This document shows, in pieces, positions 9,446-19,577 of a stretch of 64,000 bases of DNA. The position numbers were made by a program, and so were the translations under genes. This stretch comes from Calditrichia bacterium (GTDB lineage: Bacteria; Calditrichota; Calditrichia; JAJRVZ01). The notes beneath the pieces are model-generated. The model worked only from the letters and a program-made list of their open reading frames with translations, was not told the DNA's origin and ran no database searches. Every line of letters begins with the position of its first letter. Positions within the stretch are counted from its first letter, which is position 1. The stretch covers positions 192,001 through 256,000 of the forward strand of contig CAWCNS010000004.1 of assembly GCA_963796965.1 (NCBI GenBank). The letters run 5' to 3'.

Positions 9446-10847
9446 ATGGAATTTTTAAGACATTTTAGATATGTAATAATAGTGTTGTTTGGGGGAATTA
9501 TCATGATAGGATGTTCCGGCAAACAAGTCACAGATATCACTTTTGTACCAATGAATGAACGACAAATAACTTCTTCTGCAAAGACTCATGCCCTTGATAA
9601 TAATGACAATTTTTCACCTGACGGTCGATTTTTATGTTATGACACCCGAGCAACTGTGTTTAACACGGACCTTGCTAATTGCAAAACAATAGAAAAGGTT
9701 GAAATAAGCACGGGTAAGGAAACAATCTTATGGGATCCACCCTTTATTACCGGAGAAGAGCTGCGCCCGGGGTAGCTGCAGTTTCCTGGCATCCATTTGA
9801 GGATAAAGTGGTTTTTATTCATGGACCTTTATTGGAGGAAGTGGAAGGCCGGGGTTTTTATGATAAACCCAACCGCACAGGCATTGAAGTTAGTGCAGAT
9901 GGTGAAAAGAAGATAACAAAGGTTGATATGAGAGATGTGGAAACCACACGCCCAACCATTTCCGGAGCGCATAGGGGGGGGACACACCGCCATGAATATT
10001 CCCGAAACGGTCAGCGGATTGGATTCACATATGATGATTTTTTATTAAGACAATTTGATCGAACGATTGGCTATCTGGAAATTCACCCCCGGTCCCCAAA
10101 AGGATATACTCATTATTTCGCTTTATTAGTTAAACCTACAGAAAAAGGAAAATCACTTCCCGGAGAAATTGAAAAAGCCTATGATGACTCCTGGGTTGAT
10201 ACTAAAGGAAATAAAAGAGCGTTTATTGCAAAAATCAGATCGGAAGATGGGATTGGATATGATACCTCTTTATGTGTCGTAGAAATTTCTGATCAGGTTG
10301 ATATTACAACAGCTGTTGCCGGGAATGCGACAACATATCCAAGGCCACCCGAAGGGCTTCAAATAAAGCGAATAACCCATTCAGGCTGGGCCGGTGGGGT
10401 TGTAAGGGGTTCATATGATGGTAACCACATTGCCTATCTTTATAGAGACGAGAAGGGTGTAAACCAGATATATATTGTTGCGGCAGATGGATCGGACCAA
10501 GACCCGGACCCTTCAAAGAAACCAAAACGGGTCACAAAGTTAGAGCAAGATGCGACAAATATCCGTTGGCATCCTTCGGGTAAGTGGGTGTTATGTCTTA
10601 GTGGTGGAAATGTTTTGGTAGCCAATGTTGAAGATGGAGGTTCATTTGGGAAATCGTTTTGGTTGAGCAATGATAATTCCAATCGTGGAGATTTAGTTGT
10701 TTCCCCGACGGTAATCTGTTGGCTTATGTGATTCGACGTCCTACCAAGAACAGCCAGGGGCAACCTGCCAAAGATGTGGAAGGAAAAGATTTTAGACAAA
10801 TCTTTACCATGGAAGTAGATTGGAAAAAACTCAAGGTTGGTATTTGA
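9446..10847 (+). CDS. DUF3748/YidR-like beta-propeller lipoprotein, frameshifts near 9760 and 10707
   Basis: NFSPDGRFLCYDTR, GAHRGGTHRHEYS, GFTYDD, GEIEKAYDDSWV; a third frame continues SPDGNLLAY...KDFRQIF to TGA at 10847. Confidence 0.7.
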
Positions 10848-10970
10848 TCCGGTAAAAAAGATAAACTGGTTGCGCGAGAGGTTAATGGTAATGACCAGTT
10901 GATTTACTCTCGCAAAGTCGCCAAGGAATATAGAAAAAACATCAATGAATTTCAAAAAAGATAAATTAAA

Positions 10971-10992
10971 CATGCAAAAATATTTTTGCATG
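10971..10992. promoter_or_regulatory. Perfect 22-bp palindrome upstream of the LacI gene (operator or hairpin)
   Basis: CATGCAAAAATATTTTTGCATG. Confidence 0.4.
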
Positions 10993-11115
10993 GATGATAA
11001 TATCTCTGAGTGAATTTTTTTCTTTTTTCCTTTTTCTTTGTTCTCTATAGAACCTGAAGAGAAATACAGATTAGTATAAAAATGGGATTATTTTATTGTA
11101 TTACGAAAGGTAATC

Positions 11116-12126
11116 ATGGCAGCAACTCTTAAAGATGTCGCAAAACTTGCAGAAGTACATCACTCAACAGTTTCCAGGGTTCTGAGAGGGAATGAGGATC
11201 TAAGAATCCCGGAGGATACACGTCAGAAAATATTTTCTGCTGCAAAAGAACTCAATTATCATCCTGATCAGACGGCAAGATCGTTACGGCTTAAAAAAAG
11301 TTTTAGTTTTGGATTAATCGTCCCTGATATCACCAATCCGTTTTTTGCAAGAATTGCCAGAAGTATAGAAATATGTAGTTATGAAACTGGTTATACGGGT
11401 ATCGTTTGTAATACAGACGAAGATCAAAAAAAAGAAATCCATTTTATTAATGAACTCTTAAGTCGTGGAATTGATGGTTTAATTATTGCACCTGTACAGG
11501 ACTCAATCGATCATCTGAGAGATCTCAAAGAACAGAAATTTCCCTTTGTTTTGGTAGATAGGTTTTTTGACGAAATGGAAACCAATGCTGTCGTTAGCAA
11601 TAATGAGGATTCAGCCTATGCTGCTGTAGAATATCTGCATGACCTTGGTCATCGTCGGATTGCCATGATCCAGGGTCGAAACAAAATATATACAATCGAA
11701 AAGAGATTAATTGGTTATCAGAGGGCTGTAATTGATTTAAATCTTGATGATTCTCCAGGGTTGATTGCCGGGGATGGATTTAGATTGGAGGACGGATATG
11801 ATGCCGCAATGGCTGTATTAAGACTTGATAAACGGCCAACGGCTATGTTAGTGTCCGGTAATTTGGTTTCCGTGGGAGTACTCAAAGCAATTCTGGATAG
11901 TGGTTTAAAGATTCCTGACGATATATCTATCATAGCCTATGCAGATAGTGTTTTTTCACCCTATCTTGTAACACCTCTAACGACTGTATCTCATCCGCTT
12001 TTAGAGATGGGTGATAGAGCATTCTTTTTGCTTAAGGAACACATGGAATCTACAATTCCAATTTCCTATTCCAAAATTGTTGTACAGTCAAAGTTTGAGG
12101 TCAGGCAATCCGTAAAACAATTATAA
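11116..12126 (+). CDS. LacI-family transcriptional regulator
   Basis: TLKDVAKLAEVHHSTVSRVL HTH, YHPDQTARSL hinge, IPDDISII, PLTTV. Confidence 0.95.
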   Translation: MAATLKDVAKLAEVHHSTVSRVLRGNEDLRIPEDTRQKIFSAAKELNYHPDQTARSLRLKKSFSFGLIVPDITNPFFARIARSIEICSYETGYTGIVCNTDEDQKKEIHFINELLSRGIDGLIIAPVQDSIDHLRDLKEQKFPFVLVDRFFDEMETNAVVSNNEDSAYAAVEYLHDLGHRRIAMIQGRNKIYTIEKRLIGYQRAVIDLNLDDSPGLIAGDGFRLEDGYDAAMAVLRLDKRPTAMLVSGNLVSVGVLKAILDSGLKIPDDISIIAYADSVFSPYLVTPLTTVSHPLLEMGDRAFFLLKEHMESTIPISYSKIVVQSKFEVRQSVKQL

Positions 12127-12219
12127 ATATAAAATGTAGAATTTTGAATTTAAAATAGGGATTAGGAATTTGGAATTAGAGGTAGGGATCTTCCTGAATG
12201 AAGATATCAACCTTCAATG

Positions 12220-12268
12220 AAGGAAGATTCTCATCTCGAGACGCGATCCCGTTCCGGGACAGATTGAC
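12220..12268 (+). repeat. 49-bp dispersed REP-derived repeat containing TCCCGTTCCGGGA
   Basis: 46/49 identical to 57476-57524; partial copies at 44099-44120 and inverted at 34365-34390. Confidence 0.85.
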
Positions 12269-12332
12269 TACCGTAAAAAAATTATCTTTGTTTTTATGTG
12301 AATAATAATTATAAAAAAGAGGAAACAATAAT

Positions 12333-13613
12333 ATGTCAGTATTAGCAATTATGGGCGGATCTCCCCTCAGGGATGTAAAACAAACACCCTGGCCGCAATG
12401 GCCAATCTGGGATCAAAATGAAGAGAAGGGCTTGCTGGAGGTACTTAACAGTGGTATTTGGTCATATAATGGCGCCAAGGAAAGAGAATTTAATAAATCC
12501 TTTGCTCAGTATATTGGCTCAAAGTATGCTGTCTCAGCAGCAAATGGTACTGTAACTCTGCAATTGGCTATAGAAGCGTTAGGTATCGGGTATGGGGATG
12601 AAGTTATTTTACCCGGATTGACCTGGCAGGCAACGGCCGCGACAGTGGCAGATGTAAATGCTATTCCTATTCTGGTTGATGTACTGGAAGATACCTGGTG
12701 TATTGATCCAAAAAAAGTTGAAGAGGCGATAACTTCTCGCACCAAGGCCATCATTCCTGTTCATCTTTATGGTGGATTTGCTGATATGGATGCTTTATTA
12801 GCCATTGCAGAGAAACATGGGCTTAAAATTATTGAGGATTGTGCTCATAAACATGGTGGTGAGTGGAAAGGAAAGAAAGCGGGAAGCCTTGGTGATGTCG
12901 GGAGTTTCAGTTTTCAGCTCTCAAAACATCTTACGGCTGGCGAGGGTGGTGCTCTAACAACCAGTGATTTTGCAATTGCTGAAAAACTTGATGCTTTGCG
13001 TAATTGTGGCAGAAGACCGGAAGGCGATGAATATGATGATGTGGACAAAGGGGCAGGTGTCTATGGCGATGATGGAAATTTTATTCAATCCGGGAATTAT
13101 CGATTAACTGAGTTTCAGGCTGCAATTTTGGTTGAAGGTCTGAAAAGATTACCGGAGCAAAATAGTAGGAGAGATAAAAATGCCATCTATTTAAATGGGT
13201 TGCTTGGTGATTTGTCTGGTGTTAAACCGATGAGAAGAGATGATAGAGAAACAAATGAAGCCTATTTTAATTTTTCCTTCCGATATTTTGCACACGATTT
13301 CAAAAATCTACCCGTACAAAAATTCAGGGCGTCTCTCTCCAAGGAATTAGGAATAGATGTAGAACCATCTTATGAGCCTCTAAACAAATGTTCCTTATAT
13401 GTTCCGCTTACAAAACCGGCACGGCACAAATTGACTGATGCACATTGGGATGAGATGGACCCGACCAGGTTTAATCTGCCCGTTTGTGAAAGAATTTATG
13501 ACGAGGAGTCCGTCTGTTTGCATCATAAAGTGCTTATGGGTCCACAATCAGATATGGATCAGATTGCTGAGGCAATCAGTAAGATTTATGATAATGTGGA
13601 TGAATTGGTGTAA
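12333..13613 (+). CDS. DegT/DnrJ/EryC1/StrS PLP aminotransferase, resembling L-glutamine:scyllo-inosose aminotransferases (StsC/BtrR type)
   Basis: IEDCAH, SFSFQLSK (PLP Lys), GEGG; N-terminal LAIMGG..WPQWP, PGLTW and C-terminal DPTRFNLP recall StsC (from memory). Confidence 0.85.
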   Translation: MSVLAIMGGSPLRDVKQTPWPQWPIWDQNEEKGLLEVLNSGIWSYNGAKEREFNKSFAQYIGSKYAVSAANGTVTLQLAIEALGIGYGDEVILPGLTWQATAATVADVNAIPILVDVLEDTWCIDPKKVEEAITSRTKAIIPVHLYGGFADMDALLAIAEKHGLKIIEDCAHKHGGEWKGKKAGSLGDVGSFSFQLSKHLTAGEGGALTTSDFAIAEKLDALRNCGRRPEGDEYDDVDKGAGVYGDDGNFIQSGNYRLTEFQAAILVEGLKRLPEQNSRRDKNAIYLNGLLGDLSGVKPMRRDDRETNEAYFNFSFRYFAHDFKNLPVQKFRASLSKELGIDVEPSYEPLNKCSLYVPLTKPARHKLTDAHWDEMDPTRFNLPVCERIYDEESVCLHHKVLMGPQSDMDQIAEAISKIYDNVDELV

Positions 13614-13750
13614 CAGGATTCGTGGAGAGTAAAGCGTTGAGCGTAGGGGCCGCCCGTTTGAATATTCAATATTCAACAAGGAATATTCAATGTTCAAATA
13701 ATTTAATTGTAAATTTTGAACCGTTAAAGATGAATTGTGAACGGGATATT

Positions 13751-13777
13751 GTAGGGGCAGACCCGCGTGTCTGCCCT
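13751..13777 (+). repeat. GTAG-class REP
   Basis: GTAG followed by palindrome GGGCAGAC-CCGCGT-GTCTGCCC; truncated GTAGGG copies near 13643, 37745 and 44076. Confidence 0.75.
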
Positions 13778-13824
13778 AAATAAAATCAGTGAATCTTGTA
13801 TAAAGAACAAATCTGGAAAGAAAA

Positions 13825-14829
13825 ATGAAAAAGATTAAAATTGCCTTGATCGGTGCAGGATATATTGCTGACTATCATGCCCGTGGGTTGAAAAGGTTGG
13901 AAAATGTTGAAATGGTTTCTGTTGCTGCTTTGCCATTACAATCTGCAGAGGCCTTCGCCTCTAAATATAATATTAATGGTGCTACAGATAATGCCCTGAG
14001 TTTGGTTGACCGGGATGATATTGATGCCGTGATCATCGGTACACCAAATAAATTTCATGCCCCCTACGCGATTGCCTTTATGGAGAAGGGAAAGGATGTA
14101 TTTTTAGAAAAACCGATGGCGATGAATGTTCCCGAAGGAGAAGAAGTCATTAGGTGTTCGGAAAAGAACGACCGGATCGTGATGGTTGGCCATATGTGGC
14201 GTTTTGATACGGAAGTTAATTTTATCAGAGATGTGGTCAATTCAGGCCAGCTGGGCACGATCATAAAGACAAAAGGATATGGTATCCATGAGAACTGGGG
14301 GCCGGCAGGTTGGTTTACACAAAAGGAACTAGCGGGTGGAGGAGCTCTGGCTGATATGGGTGTACACGCGCTGGATACGATCCGGTACATTTTGGGTGAA
14401 CCCCGGCCAAAAGAGGTATACGCAAAGATAGGTACTTATTATGGTGATTATGATGTTGACGATACGGGGATTATTATGATTACCTGGGACAATGGTGCCA
14501 CATCGATTATTGAAAGCGGGTGGTGGCATCCCCATATGGATGGTCCGGAAGCAGGAACCCAGCTATTTGGTACAAAAGGTTATGGAAGTTTGTTCCCAAC
14601 GGAGTTAAAAATAAAGGTTGGAAAATTTCCTGGTGAATTTAAACCGCCAATGCCCGAAAAAATCGAGCACTGCGATCAGGTAATCTATGACCGTCAGATG
14701 GAACATTTTGTGGCGTGCATCCGCACCCGGCAGGTGCCCAATCCTGGTATCGAAGAAGGAATGAATGTGTTAAAAATAGTTGATGCAGCCTATGAATCGT
14801 CTTTGGCAGGTAAAGTGGTGAAATTATAA
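13825..14829 (+). CDS. Gfo/Idh/MocA oxidoreductase
   Basis: IGAGYIA, LEKPMA, GGGALADMGVH. Confidence 0.93.
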   Translation: MKKIKIALIGAGYIADYHARGLKRLENVEMVSVAALPLQSAEAFASKYNINGATDNALSLVDRDDIDAVIIGTPNKFHAPYAIAFMEKGKDVFLEKPMAMNVPEGEEVIRCSEKNDRIVMVGHMWRFDTEVNFIRDVVNSGQLGTIIKTKGYGIHENWGPAGWFTQKELAGGGALADMGVHALDTIRYILGEPRPKEVYAKIGTYYGDYDVDDTGIIMITWDNGATSIIESGWWHPHMDGPEAGTQLFGTKGYGSLFPTELKIKVGKFPGEFKPPMPEKIEHCDQVIYDRQMEHFVACIRTRQVPNPGIEEGMNVLKIVDAAYESSLAGKVVKL

Positions 14830-14855
14830 CTCATCGTACAGAGCAATAAATTTTA

Positions 14856-15038
14856 TCCACTAATTTCACGAATTAACACTAATTTAATTATCTAAAACAG
14901 GTGATTTATTAGCAGCACTTTAGTCATGCCGAATTCATTTCGGCATCTAACTATTCAACAAAAAAAATGATCCTGAAATAAATTCAGGATGACTTTTCTA
15001 AAGCATTCAATACAGAATAATTTGCTTAATTAGTGGAT
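14856..15038. repeat. CCACTAAT-family inverted pair enclosing a GTCAT-family REP pair (14923-14993)
   Basis: TCCACTAATTTCACGAATT ... GTCATGCCGAATTCATTTCGGCATC ... GATCCTGAAATAAATTCAGGATGAC ... AATTAGTGGA. Confidence 0.8.
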
Positions 15039-15097
15039 AACAATCTTTGAAACCTGGCGTTTTTGCGAGAATAAATGATTTAAAAGATCGGATAAAT

Positions 15098-16081
15098 ATG
15101 AAAAAGATCAGATGGGGAATATTAAGCACGGGTGATATAGCCCATAGTTTTACAAAAGATTTAAAATTAATTCCGGATGCAGAAGTAGTTGCTGTTGGTT
15201 CGCGCAGCCTAGAAAGTGCAAATAGCTTTGCCGACACACATGATATTCCGAACAGGCATCCCTCGTACGAAGCATTGGCAAATGACCCGGAGGTGGAGGT
15301 AATCTACATCGCTACTCCCCATACCTTACATGCAGAAAACAGTATTTTATGTATGAAGGCCGGTAAAGCGGTATTGTGTGAAAAGGCTTTTGCGATGACG
15401 GCCGGGGAAGCTGAAGAAATGATTCGCGTGGCCAGGGAAGAGAAAGTCTTTCTTATGGAAGCGATGGTGACGAGACATTTTCCTGTTACCCATCAAATCC
15501 TGGAATGGATCAAAGAGGGGAAAATAGGTGAAGTGAGAATGGTTAAGGCAACACGCGGTGCCCGGGGAAAATTTGATAATTTTACACGTCATCTTAATCC
15601 TGAAAAGGGTGGGGGCAGCCTGTTAGATGTGGGTATCTACGTCATCTCCTTTGCGTCTATGATTTATGGTAAAGCACCACTCAAGTCAGTTGGTTATGGA
15701 TATATTGGATCTTCAGGTTCGGATGAACAAGGCGCAGCCTTGCTTGAATATGATGAGGGAGCCTTAGCCATTTTAACCTTTGCTCTACGGACAGATACGG
15801 TTAATGAGGCCTATATTTTTGGCACGGAAGGTTATATAAAAGTGTTTCCCACTTTCGCCGTTGCTCAAAAAGCGGTTCTCCGGGTTGAGGGCGAAGAGGA
15901 GATCATCACTGAAATTCCAATAAATGGAAATGGTTTAAATTATGAGGCCCGTGAGGTAATGCGGTGTTTAAGGGCTGGTGAAATTGAGAGCCCCAGAATG
16001 CCTCTTGATGAATCATTAGAAATCATGAAAATCATGGATAATATCAGAGCACCATGGCCATTAAGATATCCGAATGATTAG
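15098..16081 (+). CDS. Gfo/Idh/MocA oxidoreductase (dihydrodiol/xylose dehydrogenase-like subgroup)
   Basis: IRWGILSTGDIA, YIATPH, LCEKAF, GGGSLLDVGIY; ATG 15098 preferred over 15047. Confidence 0.9.
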   Translation: MKKIRWGILSTGDIAHSFTKDLKLIPDAEVVAVGSRSLESANSFADTHDIPNRHPSYEALANDPEVEVIYIATPHTLHAENSILCMKAGKAVLCEKAFAMTAGEAEEMIRVAREEKVFLMEAMVTRHFPVTHQILEWIKEGKIGEVRMVKATRGARGKFDNFTRHLNPEKGGGSLLDVGIYVISFASMIYGKAPLKSVGYGYIGSSGSDEQGAALLEYDEGALAILTFALRTDTVNEAYIFGTEGYIKVFPTFAVAQKAVLRVEGEEEIITEIPINGNGLNYEAREVMRCLRAGEIESPRMPLDESLEIMKIMDNIRAPWPLRYPND

Positions 16082-16310
16082 CCCTGAATAATTTATTAAA
16101 ACCTCGAATAATTTAACGCAGAGACGCAAAGAAGGCGCAAAGAACGCAAAGTCTTTTCTAAATTTTCATAATATTTATGGGAACTGTTTTAGAAAATTCT
16201 CATAATGCTTAAAGCACTTTTTTTCATCTCGGTTTTATAGTCAAATAGCCTTTTCCCTGGATAAAATGTGATGAGGATTGGGTCGGTACGGAAAAAAAAG
16301 GGAGGTATCA

Positions 16311-19037
16311 ATGAAGATAATATCCGCTGTGTTTCACCAGAATGTTTTATTGACGATCTCCAATAAGCATGTTTTTCGTAAATTTATCTTTCCTATTTTT
16401 CCCTTCTACTTGATTGTTGCCATTATTTCATGCTCAGGCCAATCACAAAATACAAATTCAAAAATTATGCTCGCAGATCAATGGTATTTGCAATCATCTG
16501 CAAAAATTGAATATTCTGGCTCCGAATTGTCCAATCCAGGTATTAACACGGAATCCTGGTATCCGACCAAAGTTCCATCCACGGTTCTCGCTGCACTCGT
16601 TGAAAATGATATTTATCCTGATCCCTATTATAGTGATAATCTCAAGTCAATTCCCGGCTACCGTGATGGACGCTGGCTGGCAATGAAGGCGGACAGTCCT
16701 TTTTATCCATCCTGGTGGTATCGTACTGAATTTGACGTACCCTTATCCTGGGATCAGAAAAAAACTGTCGCACATTTTGATGGGATAAATTATAAAGTAA
16801 ATATCTGGCTGAATGGTCGACAGATCGCTGATACATCAGATGTTGTTGGAATGTTCCGCAGATTTAAGTTTGATGTTAACGAACATTTGAAGGTTGGCCA
16901 GAAAAATGTTCTGGCAGTTGAAGTATTTTCTCCGGGAAGGATTCCGGACATCAAATATAGAACAAAACAAGTTGAAGCAACAACAGGCTGGGATGATCAC
17001 AACCCACAACCGCCTGATCTCAATATGGGCCTTTGGGAGGATGTCTATTTATCTGCCACTGGTCCTGTGGTTATTCGTAATCCCTACGTTGTTACGGATC
17101 TGGATTTACCCTCACTCAAAAGGGCCCAGATTACAATTACTGCCGAGTTAAAAAATAAAGATAACAAGAAGGTCCAGGGTATTCTCCGGGGTAAAATTGA
17201 AAATATCGTATTTGAAAAACCGGTAACGCTCAAGGCGGGTGAACTTAAAACATGCGAATTTAATCCCATTGATTATAAACAGTTAGTCATAAATGATCCA
17301 CGTTTGTGGTGGCCTCATCCGGTTGGTCCGCAGGAGCTTTATAATCTTGAATTATCTTTTACAATAAACAATCAACTCTCCTCAAGTGAGGAAGTTCGTT
17401 TTGGTATACGGGAAGTTTCAACTTATGTAAATGAAGAGGGGTGGCGCGGGTACAAGGTAAATGGCAAAAACATTCTGATCCGGGGCGGGGCCTGGATGAC
17501 CAGTGATATGATGCTGAATCTAACAGATGAACGGTACGATGCTTTAGTACGCTATGCGCGGGAGGCAAATCTGAATGCCCTACGCTCGGAAGGATTTTCT
17601 ATTCGGGAAACAGAAGAATTCTATAACAAATGTGATGAGTATGGCGTCTTTGTCATTCAACAGATATTTGGACGGAGTATCCCCAATGAGGACCTTGCGG
17701 TTGACTTGATTGAGGACATGATCTTACGCATTCGCAATCATCCCAGTCTGATTCATTTTCTTGGCCATGATGAAACTTTTCCGACAGAATATTTGGATAC
17801 TAAATATCGTGAACTTGTTGCTAAATATACCCCACAAAGGACCTACCAACCCCATTCAGGGGCATTTCATATCGAAAATCGCTTTAAAACGGGTGGTACC
17901 AGAACCGGAACGTTAGAATTGTGGACCTATGCCACACCTTCACATTATTATAAGCACAAGGAAGATGGCGCATGGGGATTTGCGCAATCTGGTGGCATCG
18001 GTGGGATCATTGCTCCCTATGAGAGCATTCGGAGAATGATGCCCTCTTCGGCACAATGGCCTATCAATAATGACATATTTTCTTTTCATACCGTTTTGCA
18101 GGGTATTGAATATTTTGATCTAGCTATAAAGTCGTTAGAGCAGCGTTATGGGAAACCAGCTGAGATAGAAGAGTTTTGTTTTAAGGGACAGGTCATGAAT
18201 TATGAGAGTGCCAGGGGTATGTATGAAGCTTATGGACGAAATAAGTATGACGCGCTTGGCATCACAACCTGGAAATATAATGCAGCCTGGCCGGCAGCCA
18301 TGACCTGGCAGTATGTGGACTGGTATCTTAATGTAGGAGGGGCTTACTATGGAGCAAAAAAAGCCTGTGAACCGCTCCACATTCAATATTCATATGACGA
18401 TCATTCAGTTGTTGTTCTAAATAGTTACTATAAAGAATTCAATAATTTACATGCTTCGGCAAAAATCTTTAATATGGATATGACCGAAAAATATAGTAAA
18501 TCTGCCACGATTGATGTCGGTATTGATTCAAAATCCGAAGCATTCAAGATTGAATGGCCGGAAAAATTAAGTAAAACATTTTTTTTAAGCCTCAAACTTA
18601 ATGATGGTCAGGGAAAACATTTTTCAGAGAACTTTTATTGGTTGTCAACCTCACCGGATATTCAGGGAAGCAAGGATGAAATTCGCACAGGCAAAGGATG
18701 GGGGATTCTAAAAGCGAATCCTGATTCCTATGCAGATTTTACTGATTTAAATCATCTGCCAAAAATTAAATTAAATACTGATTTCATTCTTGATTTTGAG
18801 GATGGGGTGGGAAAGGCTGAAGTTATTATCAAAAATCCGACAGATAAACCGGCCTTTATGGTTGTTTTGGCTCTTAAAGACAAAAACAGCAGCGATGAAA
18901 TTACACCGGTTTACTGGCAGGATAATTACTTTTCACTATTGCCGGGAGAAAAAAAGACGGTCCTCGCAGATTTTTCCGCACGGGATCGTGATAAAGAAGA
19001 TATTCAGTTTATATTATATGGCTGGAACCTGGAATAA
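16311..19037 (+). CDS. GH2-family protein, exo-beta-D-glucosaminidase (CsxA)-like
   Basis: FDGINY, PRLWWP, FGIREV, ILIRGG, GAYYGAKKACEPLHIQYSYD; GGAGG RBS before ATG 16311. Confidence 0.8.
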   Translation: MKIISAVFHQNVLLTISNKHVFRKFIFPIFPFYLIVAIISCSGQSQNTNSKIMLADQWYLQSSAKIEYSGSELSNPGINTESWYPTKVPSTVLAALVENDIYPDPYYSDNLKSIPGYRDGRWLAMKADSPFYPSWWYRTEFDVPLSWDQKKTVAHFDGINYKVNIWLNGRQIADTSDVVGMFRRFKFDVNEHLKVGQKNVLAVEVFSPGRIPDIKYRTKQVEATTGWDDHNPQPPDLNMGLWEDVYLSATGPVVIRNPYVVTDLDLPSLKRAQITITAELKNKDNKKVQGILRGKIENIVFEKPVTLKAGELKTCEFNPIDYKQLVINDPRLWWPHPVGPQELYNLELSFTINNQLSSSEEVRFGIREVSTYVNEEGWRGYKVNGKNILIRGGAWMTSDMMLNLTDERYDALVRYAREANLNALRSEGFSIRETEEFYNKCDEYGVFVIQQIFGRSIPNEDLAVDLIEDMILRIRNHPSLIHFLGHDETFPTEYLDTKYRELVAKYTPQRTYQPHSGAFHIENRFKTGGTRTGTLELWTYATPSHYYKHKEDGAWGFAQSGGIGGIIAPYESIRRMMPSSAQWPINNDIFSFHTVLQGIEYFDLAIKSLEQRYGKPAEIEEFCFKGQVMNYESARGMYEAYGRNKYDALGITTWKYNAAWPAAMTWQYVDWYLNVGGAYYGAKKACEPLHIQYSYDDHSVVVLNSYYKEFNNLHASAKIFNMDMTEKYSKSATIDVGIDSKSEAFKIEWPEKLSKTFFLSLKLNDGQGKHFSENFYWLSTSPDIQGSKDEIRTGKGWGILKANPDSYADFTDLNHLPKIKLNTDFILDFEDGVGKAEVIIKNPTDKPAFMVVLALKDKNSSDEITPVYWQDNYFSLLPGEKKTVLADFSARDRDKEDIQFILYGWNLE

Positions 19038-19212
19038 TTTTTTTTTAATATTTCAACAATTGTCACAAACTTTGTAGCTTTCTTATAGTTATATTTAAAG
19101 TCCCGGGATAATTCGGGAGCCTTTGACAGGGTGCAAATTTTTTAATGTTGAAAATTATTTAAGAAAAGGGGGACTTTTCGCTATAAAAACCAACTAATTT
19201 TCAAAATGTTTC

Positions 19213-19255
19213 TTGACAAAACGGAAAAAAATATGTAAGATGCGCAAACGTTTGC
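19213..19255 (+). promoter_or_regulatory. Sigma70 promoter with overlapping LacI-type operator
   Basis: TTGACA (19213)-17 nt-TAAGAT (19236); perfect palindrome GCAAACGTTTGC at 19244-19255. Confidence 0.8.
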
Positions 19256-19577
19256 CTCGAACCTGAAGCATGTTCTGAATTGATACTGACATTATCCAAT
19301 ACATAGATCTGACTACTATCTCGAATTCTTATTCCTTTGTTAAAATTCGCATTGCAGACGTTCTAATGAAAAATGAAAATGGTGGATTTTTTTCCAACTC
19401 ACATAGTTAGCACTATATCCCTACAGGTGCTTGTTTAGAAAAATCAGTTCTGCGACAATTATCACAAAATTTTGCGATCGTTAAGAATTTTTGGAACAAT
19501 AATTAATACGAAGCATAAAATTTCCTCATTACGGGGTGGACTTTAGTCAATTGCATATAATAGAATCAATAAGAAGG

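Noticed and set aside
12333..16081. Aminoglycoside biosynthetic cluster
   Set aside because: No DOI synthase, glycosyltransferase, amidinotransferase, exporter or resistance gene in the window; neighbours are importers and hydrolases.
19256..19577. Riboswitch (for example cobalamin or TPP) ahead of the TonB receptor
   Set aside because: No conserved aptamer motif recognised by eye; an Infernal search is needed to exclude it fully.
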